Source: Octopus sinensis (taxonomy: Eukaryota). Taken from it: a stretch of DNA of 64,000 nucleotides. The notes beneath the pieces were generated by a model, which saw only the letters and a program-made list of their open reading frames with translations, was not told the origin of the DNA and ran no database searches. The DNA lies in assembly GCF_006345805.1 (NCBI RefSeq), contig NC_043004.1:86366001-86430000 (forward strand), read 5' to 3'. This document shows positions 54,040 through 64,000 of this stretch, piece after piece; position 1 is the stretch's first letter; each line of letters opens with the position of its first letter. A program made the translations under genes and the position numbers.

Positions 54040-54893
54040 TTAGTTAGTTAGTTAGTTAATTTGGCTCAAAAGCAAATAGCAAGGCCATGTAGGGGGACAT
54101 GGAGTTAAGTACAGGGTGGTGTTCATGTAAAGCGTTCAGGCCACTTGAGGTCCAGGGAGGCTTTGAACAAAGCGGTCGTCGGCATCTTCACCATCTCGTC
54201 TGGCACCTTGTTCCACGGATCCGCAACCCGGACGGAGAAAGCTCCTCTCCTTCGATTGAGATGAAATTGTCGCAGGTAGAGCTTTTCGGAATGACCCCGC
54301 AGCCGACGCTCCGGAGCAGGAGTGAAGAACAGCTCTTTTGAGAGGTTACACTTCCTGCTTATGATGTTGTGGGCGAGAATGAGATCACCACGGCGGCGGC
54401 GTTTTTCAAGAGAATAAAGGTCGAGCGTCCTCAGCCTTTCTTCGTAGGACAAATTTTTGAGACCATGAACCATGCGGGTAGCCAGCCTCTGGATTCTTTC
54501 GAGGTGCTGTATGTCTTTGAGGAGATAAGGAGAAGAGGCTTGAATCCCATACTCCAATATGGGTCTCACCAGCATGACATAGAGTGGCAGGAATATGGCT
54601 GCTGTGAACATTCCGAATGACCGTCGAATCAAAAACAGAATTCCGCGCGCTTTGTTGGCAGCATGGACGCACTGGGCCGAAGGCGAAAAGGAGGAATCCA
54701 CCAAGATACCCAGGTCCTTTACCTGATCGGTCCTCTCCAGCAGCAGACGACCCGGCTCGAAATCAAGTTGAGTTGCAGGAGTAGAGCCGACAGGCAGATG
54801 ACAGCACTTTGACACGTTCAGACACAGGTCCCAATCGTTAGACCACTTCCAAATTTGGTGGAGGCATCGACGAAGATCCTCTATACTACCGCG
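54040..54893 (-). mobile_element. 5'-truncated CR1-clade LINE (RT thumb/C-terminal region, short 3' UTR, (TAAC)n tail)
   Basis: Open frame 54893-54123 with KDLGILVDS, LVRPILEYG, LERIQRLATRMV and LSYEERLRTLDLYSLEKRRRRGDLI. Confidence 0.93.
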
Positions 54894-55624
54894 TAAGTAA
54901 CTGAGCTATTTTACCATGCTCAAATAGTACATACCACGAACCACCTTAATGAATACCATATTTGATGGTATACAAAAGACACATTTTTTTTTTTTCAAAA
55001 AATTACTCAAAAGATACTTCAGGATCCTACATGTGAAATTGGGCCTCTCGTAAGCTTTAATTCATTAAAAACATTTTTCTCTGAATATTCACTGTGAAAC
55101 AGGGCTGTGCCTAATATGTCCATGTGTCTCTTTTTTTAACCATCAAAAAACATTACCCCTTTAAAAATTAAGCTTTCATTATCATTACATTGATCTGACT
55201 GGATTGCAGAATATAAATCATTAGAACTACATTGTATTCCCCCACTTCAACCTATCTCCCTCAAAGCTTAAACTTGCCAATTCTACATTACTTACATCCC
55301 TCTCTCTCTCTCTCTCTTTCTAATTCCACACTGCTGACATACTAATTAATCACTCTGCCAAATTCTTCTTCAACAGAACTGCCTCCCCTTAAAGCTTTCT
55401 TCTTCATTTCCATAATTTCCCTTCTCTCTTCCTTATCTTTTATCTTTCACTTGTTTCAGCCATTGGACTGTGGCCATGCTGGAGCACCACTTTGAAGAGT
55501 TTTAGTCAAACAGATCAATCCTAGTACTTATTCTATCAGTCTCTTTTGCTGAACCACTGGGTCACACAGAGGTAAACAAACTAATACTGGTTGTGAAATA
55601 TGAGCATGGACAAACAGGCACAAA

Positions 55625-55671
<47 letters not shown>

Positions 55672-56015
55672 TATATATACACACACACACAGCAGGCTTC
55701 CACTCAGTTTCTATCTACTGAATTCCCTCACAAAGTATAGGTTGGCCCAGAACTATAGTAGAAGACTCTTGACCAAGTGAGCCGTGAAGTGGGGCTGAAC
55801 CAAAAACCACGTGGCTGCAAAGTAAGCCTTTTAACACACAACCATGCCTGCACCTAACTTCTTATGGTTTTATCCCTGCCATACCATATTTCCACTGTAG
55901 CAGGAATGTGTTAAACGTCACCTCAACCAAATTCTTTGTACAATGGCAATAAACAACACACGCAGAAAAGGCAGAAGCAGCCGATTCTGTCCATTATTTG
56001 GCCTGCAATCGTCGC

Positions 56016-56407
56016 TCTTTTACTCTTTTATTTGTTTCAGTCATTTGACTGCGGCCATGCTGGAGAACCGCCTTTAGTCAAACAAATCGATGCCAAGACA
56101 TATTCTTTGTAGGCCTAGTACTTATTCTATCAGCCTCTTTTGCTGAACCACTAAATTATGGGGATGTAAACACACCAGCATTGGTTGTCAAGTGATGGTG
56201 GGAGGACAGACACACAAACATACACACACACGCACACACACACATATATATACAACAGGCTTCTTTCTGTTTCCGTCTACCAAATCCATTCACAAGGCTT
56301 TGGTCAACCCAAGGCTATAGTAGAAGTCACTTGCCTAAGGTGCCACACAGTGGGACTGAATCTGGAACCATATGGTTGGTGAGCAAGCTACTTACCACAC
56401 AGCCATG
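56016..56407 (-). mobile_element. Full-length CORE-like tRNA SINE
   Basis: Aligns with 30716-31110. Confidence 0.85.
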
Positions 56408-58104
56408 CAATTTTTTTAGTTTTTCGCTCAGAAGCCCAGGTGGAGGGAAAAGTTAGACATGGGGCATCAGGTCTGGAGGTTTAAATTCTTTCAGAGGTCC
56501 CAAAACTTTCAGTTAGAAACTGTGTAGTGATTGGCCATTTTGATTGAACATTTTGAAAGCAACAAATAAAAGTGAAGCTAATGGCAGCTTCTCTCAGAAA
56601 AAAAAAAATCTTCAAAATGTTTTTGAATTTGGAAAAAGGTTTTGCTCAACACATCAGTACCATCACCTCTCCCTTGTATATAAACCTCACCAAATTTATC
56701 TTTTACTTGTTTCAGTCACTTGACTGTGGCCATGCTGGATCACCACCTTGAAGAATTTTTAGTTGAATGAATTGATCCCAGCACTTTTTTTTTTAAAGCC
56801 CAGTACTTATTCTATTGGTTTCTTTTGCTGAACTGCTAAGTTACAGAGATGTAAACTCATCAACACCAGTTGTCCAATGGCGGTGGGGGACAAACACACA
56901 TACACAATGGGCTTCTTTTTAGTTTCCATTTACCAAATCTACACACAAGACTTTGGTTAACATGAGGCTATGGAAGACACTTGTCAAAGGTACCTTGCAG
57001 TGGGACTGAACCAAGAACCATGTGATTGGCACACCTGCAAATTTTCATAAACTTTGATTTATAAAAAAAGTAAAAAATTTTTTTAAAAGTTAAATACCAT
57101 AAGAAGGTTGAACATGCTTTCAAAACCTCTAAACCTTCTCTCTAATTATGCCAGATTACCCATACAGCCTGAATTTGTACATGCAACCATGCTGTGAAAC
57201 CCATGATGGTAAAGGAAATATGATATAAAAAACAATAGTGTAAAAAAAAATCTAGTGTCACATTAAACATCTATAGAATGGAACATATTTGTTAAAATAG
57301 AATCTGCATTTTCTTTAACTTAAAAATCAATGGCACTTCTTCCAAAAGACATAAATAATATAGCAAAAGAAACCAGGTATAAAAAGAACTTCTTCAAAGA
57401 AAAAGTCTGTTTACAAGATGAATTAAAATGTATATGATGCTTTAATTGACAAAGCCAAAAATGTTAATGAGAAAAATAATTTGCTTCTAAATAATGATCA
57501 ATTTTAACTATATATACTGTATTCATTCTTGTATAAGTCATACTTGCTTATTTAGAATTAAACATTGATACAACATTCTTTCGCTTCATAGTTATAGCTT
57601 TGCCCTGATTATAAGTCACACCCCAATCCAGTATGAAATAGTATTACATATACAATGAATAAATATGGTATATTACATATCTTTTATATATTTATATAAT
57701 ATGTAATAATAGGGAAGTTTCACATTCCTTCATTCCACTCAGCTGACAATAAGTACCAGCAACAATTGTGGAGACTCTGCACCAGATTGGTGACATGCTC
57801 AGGAGCTGAGTTGACTTAAATGTCACAGAAAACCAGGATATCAAGTCTAATAAACCTGTAATCTCAAAATACATTTTAAATTTACATACACACGAGAAAT
57901 TATGTATAAATAAACAAAAAACACACATACAATAACATGTCGTTAAACCCTACATTATTACAAAAGGAAAAAGGTTGCATATAATACATAATTGGTAAAA
58001 TGATCCTTAACAGCAAAGTATATTTAACATACCTGCATGTGTGTGTGTGTGTGTGTGTGTGTTAGAAACAGAGAATGAGTAAGCAAAATGTGGTATCACT
58101 TTAA

Positions 58105-59146
58105 CCCTTTCGTTACTATATTTCTGACCAAATTACACCCCTTATGTGTTTCAATTAATTTCTAACATAATCATAAATTTAGTCTGGTTTCATTAAACAA
58201 CTATAACTTTTTTATTTATCGATATATTAATCTGATTTTTGGAAGATAATTTAATGAAATATTCTCAACCAATTCTATACTATAATTTTTGTCACAAAGT
58301 GACTCTAATTGCAGGTAGATACAGGTAAATTCAACAAAATATAAAATTATTAAAATTTTGTTCAAACATCGCTATAGAAAATGGGTTATTAGCTAATATT
58401 CAATTGGGTATACAACAAAATTTTACGATAGAATGGCAAAATAGTCTTAATTTCATTTAAGGTTGTGGGAAACCACAAACTATCCTTTCTTTCGCTTTGT
58501 TTACGTTTAGCGTAACAGTTCGTTTCTGCCGTAATGATTTCAAATAGGCTCATTCGAAAAAGTAAATAGAAATAGTCTAAGGCTTTACCCTTCTGGGAAA
58601 GTCTGTGGCTTGGTCCAGTTTCTTCAGAAAAATCACCGAAAGAAACAGTTTTTAAATTTTCACTCCATTCAGGTGCCAATTCGTTTTCTTTATCACTGTC
58701 GGAGCTCTCGGATTCACAGTTTTCACTTTCGGAAAATGAAACATCAGATTCATTATCAAATACCACATGCTTTTTTTTTCAGTCATAGAGTTAGATTTAT
58801 GAAGGTCTTCAGTAGAAAATCCTTCGAATTCTGACTCGCTGCTTGATATAATGAAATTCGTATCCATTTTTTGTCAGAATTACAAATTTTGAAAACACAA
58901 TAGGAACAAATTTCGGAAAAAAATCTCCCAAAATTCACGGAATTAAAATTACACTTCGATTATTGTACAAAACTGTAGTTGAACTGTTTACGAAGTATAA
59001 TACGTGTTTTCACGAATGTACTGAAGAGATTTGCTCTGATATTCTCATTTAAATATGAATAGGTAAATTCGGGCAGCTTTGGGTGGTTTGGTCTCATAAA
59101 CCAAAATTTTTTTCGGGCGGCTTTGGGCGGTTTGGTAACGAAAGGG
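58105..59146 (-). mobile_element. Internally deleted piggyBac DNA transposon (1042 bp)
   Basis: TTAA TSDs (58101-58104, 59147-59150), perfect 12-bp TIR CCCTTTCGTTAC, transposase N-terminal remnant. Confidence 0.92.
58389..58867 (-). pseudogene. piggyBac (PGBD-like) transposase N-terminal fragment, frameshifted and lacking the DDD core
   Basis: Acidic N-terminus (SESEFEGFSTED), then LDYFYLLF...IITAETNCYA...WFPTTLNEIK across two overlapping ORFs. Confidence 0.82.
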
Positions 59147-59291
59147 TTAAAGTATTTAATTTATAATTTAAACAGTGCAGAGAAGTTGTAGCAAATATGT
59201 AAAGTCTCTTACAGCTGTTTCGAGAATAGCTGAGAATATAGAGTAAATGTTATTGAACAAAGATTTCTACGTAAGCTAACTATACCATCGT

Positions 59292-59590
59292 GGAGGCACG
59301 TGGCTTAGTGGTTAGGGTGTCAGCACTATGATCATAAGATTGTGGTTTCGATTCCTGGACCAAGCGACACGTTGTGTTCTTGAGCAAAACACTTCATTTC
59401 ACGTTGCTCCAGTTCACTCAGCTGGCAAAAATTAGTAACGCTGCGATGGACTGGCGTCCCGTGCAGCCGAGGAACACATACGCCATAGAAACCAGGCCCA
59501 TGAGTCTGGCTAGGCTTTAAAAGGGCGCATTTATTATTTAGTGAAGGTGCGTGGCTTAGTGGTTAGGGTGTCAGCATCATGATCGTAAGA
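59292..59590 (+). mobile_element. tRNA-derived SINE followed by a second truncated head
   Basis: TGGCTTAGTGG A box and GGTTTCGATTCC B box; head repeated at ~59543. Confidence 0.82.
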
Positions 59591-59856
59591 TCATCAGTTC
59601 AAACACTAACACCTGATCCCTCGATAACACATATACAGACATATTCAAAATTGATGGGTGTGTGCATTTGTGTCACATTTGAGGGTTCTTTCCTTGGTTG
59701 GCCCTTTCCCACAGGTCGGTGTTTGGCACTTTATCAAACCACTTCAGATGAAGGATCTGCTGAAGACATTTGTTGATGGTCTGGATCTTCTTGCAGTTGC
59801 TGCAGGTGGCTCTCCATGTATGTGTGCATGTGTGTGTATATATATATATATATATA

Positions 59857-60285
59857 TCATCATCACTTAACGTTCATTTTCCATGCTGGCATGGGTTGGA
59901 CGGTTCAACTGGGGTCTGAGAAGCCAGGAGGCTGCACCAGGCCCCAATCTGATCTGGCAATGTTTCTACACCTGGATGCCCTTCCTAACGCCAACCACTC
60001 CAAGAGTGTAGTGGGTGCTTTTTATGTGCCACCAGCACAAGGGGCCAGAGGAGCTGGCATTGACCATGATCGGCTGGTGCTTTTTACATGCCACTGGCAC
60101 GGAAGCCAGTCAAGGTGGCGCTGGCATCAGCCACGTTCGGATGGTGCTTTTTACATCATTGCCTTTGTGAGACCCAACGTTCAAAGGTCGTGCTTCACCA
60201 CCTCATCCCATGTCTTCCTGGGTCACCCTCTACCCCAGATTCTTTCCACTGTTTGGGAGTGGCACTTCTTCACACAGCTCTCCTT
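59857..60285 (-). mobile_element. RTE LINE 3' fragment with internal deletion
   Basis: ESCVKKCHSQTVERIWGRG*PRKTWDEVVKHDL remnant joined to the 3' UTR repeats. Confidence 0.78.
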
Positions 60286-60290
60286 CACAG

Positions 60291-60329
<39 letters not shown>

Positions 60330-61930
60330 TGTAAACATGTTTTTCTAAGGGATTGTGGCCATGCTGGGTCACCACAAAAAATGGGTTTAGTCAAACAAGC
60401 CAACCCCAGTATTTACTTTAAATCTGCTACTTATTCTATTGGTCTCTTTTGCCAAACTGCTAAGTTATGAGGTTGTAAACAAATCAACACCAGTTGTTAA
60501 GCAGTGGCAGGGTACAAATGCAATACATACAAACATATTTATATATATACATATTATTACAAACACACACACACTGGTGTGTATGTGTGCGCGTGTTATA
60601 ACTGCTGCTATATGAAATAACTTAACAGCTGTCAAGCCACTGTAGTATAGTCGATAAATGCCATGATAGCTTTTAAACAGACCTGCTTAGCTGAGTTTCA
60701 TTCCCAGTAAATATAACATATGTTTCTTGTAGCATGACAAATGGGAATTAATTGAAGCAATTTAAGTCACAAAAAAAAATTGCTAAAATCTAAAAATAAA
60801 TAACAATAAAGTTTCCTTTCTCTATTCATAAATTAATACCAAAATGGCAAAATCATAATTTCTCAAAACATATCTAACCAGGCTTCTAATATAACTTTCT
60901 TTACAGCAATTCATCTCACATCATGGTTGTCACAACGAACAAAGTAAAGTCAGGACAAACCCATTTCCTCTTCACCAACGAACAAGCAGTACGTTGCCAA
61001 GCAAAGCTGCCTTTAAAAAGAACCTAGCTTCATATCAACATATTGATAGGAGACAAGAAAAGAAAAATTCTTAATGAAAACTCAAGTCTTTGCTAAATGC
61101 TGCAAGTGCACTAATTTTCTTCATAGCCAGTTCCAACATTCAACAACTTAGCAGCAGTTGACACAGCAGGTAGTCATGTAAATTTTAAATCATATTTATT
61201 GCTAAAATAGTTAGCAACTAAGAAAAGAAAGGCGTAAATTTATCATTCGATTTATCGTACATAGTCAAAGTTTCATGCTCATGTGTAACACATAATGAGG
61301 TTGATTAACACCTAACTAGGTATAAATTATAATCTTTTGTTAGGTCATCAAAACCATGCTGGGGTAAAGCTTTTAATATCATCATTTAAAGTTCACTTTC
61401 CATATTGGCAAGGGTTGGACAGTTTCACTGGAACTAACCAGCTGAAGGGCTGTTCAGGCTCCCTGTCTGTCTGTTTTGGCATGGTTTCTCCAGCTAGATG
61501 CCTTTCCTAATGCCAACCATTTTACAAAGAGTACTGGGTGCTTTTGTGCAGCACCAGCATGAGTACTTTTTACAAGGCAACAGCACCTACAGGCCCACAA
61601 GATTAGGGATGCTCAGCCTGTATGCAAGGGTAACCTTGCTTTTACTCAGCTTGACATATCCCTTCAAGCACAGTAAACCACCAGGAGTCTCAGTCCCCTG
61701 TCTTCCCTTCTGTGAATCCCAAGGTGTGTGTGTGCGTATATATACATATATTCTTTCATTTGTTTCAGTCATTTGACTGTGGCCACACTGGAGCACTGTC
61801 TTTAGTTGAACAAACCAAACCTAAGACTTATTCTATTGGTCTCTTTTGCCGAATTGCTAAGTTACGGGGACATAAACACACCAGCATCAGTTGTTAAGTG
61901 ATGGTGAGGGAACAAACACAGACACACAAA

Positions 61931-63014
<1,084 letters not shown>

Positions 63015-63725
63015 TACTTGTGTCAGCCAATGGATGGCGAGCATGCTGGAGCACCACACTGAAGGGTTTTAATCAAACCAGTTGCCCCCAATACTTAGTT
63101 TTAAAGTCTGATACTTATTCTATTGGTCTGTTTTGCCAAACCGCTATGTTACAAGGACATAAACAAATCAACCCTGATTATCAGACAGTGGTACCAGGGG
63201 GGGGAACAAACACACATCCAAAATACACACATATATTCGTGGGCTTCCACATACTTTCCATCTGCCAAATTCATTCATACAGTATTGGTCACGCAGTGGA
63301 ACCGAACCCAAAGGCCATGAGATTGCAAAGCAAACTTCTTACCTACATAGCCACATACACACACAAACATATAAATATAAAACCATTGCTGTTACTTCCA
63401 CTTTTTCCATACTGAATGTAGTACTCCACAACTGGATACCAATTCTTCAAAGTACTACATTTCACAGGTCTTCCTTCACGGGTCAAACTGCTGAGTTGCT
63501 GGATATATTCTTTATGCAGGACATAAACAAATACCACTATTGTCCAAGTAACACCAGTCCAAAGAAACACGGAAACACACACACAAATGTGTGTGAGCAT
63601 TATCATCTTCACATGGTTAGCTATGATTTTCATTCTTTCGGGGTTGATAAAATACGTACCAGTTGAGTGCTGGGATCAATGTAATTGACCTAGCCCCTCC
63701 CCTGAACTTGCTGGCCTTGTGCCTA

Positions 63726-63950
63726 AAGCACCATCCGTTCGTGGCCGTTTGCCAGCTCCGTCTGGCACCTGTGCGGGTGGCACGTAAAAAGCACCCACTA
63801 CACTCACGGAGTGGTTGGCGTTAGGAAGGGCATCCAGCCGTAGAAACACTGCCAGATCTGACTGGGCCTGATGCAGCCTTCCGGCTTCACAGACCCCAGT
63901 TGAACTGTCCAACCCATGCTAGCATGGAAAACGGACGCTAAATGATGATG
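63726..63950 (+). mobile_element. RTE-related 3' end, young copy
   Basis: Reverse complement of ~28405-28630. Confidence 0.8.
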
Positions 63951-64000
63951 TTGACACCACTTGGGTAGCAGTAACGTTTTGTTTAGGTCTGCATAAACAG

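Noticed and set aside
59292-59366. tRNA gene
   Set aside because: Has A/B boxes but no clean cloverleaf, and continues into a multi-copy SINE body; the same applies to 2028, 9726, 16550 and 44072.

Overview
AT-rich, microsatellite-dense eukaryotic (animal) genomic DNA; the repeat families suggest an octopus/coleoid cephalopod (inference). The only host gene is an MFSD14A/HIAT1-like major facilitator transporter on the minus strand. Four internal GT-AG exons (31620-31528, 10395-10333, 7553-7426, 3512-3398) splice in frame; the first exon and the 3' exons were not located. The rest is intronic or flanking DNA packed with tRNA-derived SINEs, 3' fragments of RTE, CR1 and R4/Dong-type LINEs, an internally deleted piggyBac with related MITEs, hAT/mariner/Tigger-like MITEs, Helentron-type elements and long microsatellites. 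Most ORFs in the track are repeat artefacts. The most notable non-genic signals are: decayed minimal hammerhead-ribozyme motifs of the Penelope type; a variable-copy 62-bp double-hairpin array in RTE-related 3' ends; a ~170-bp-arm fold-back palindrome; a local templated duplication; and elements embedded in (TAA)n tracts. I found no clear evidence of a wholly new multi-gene system.
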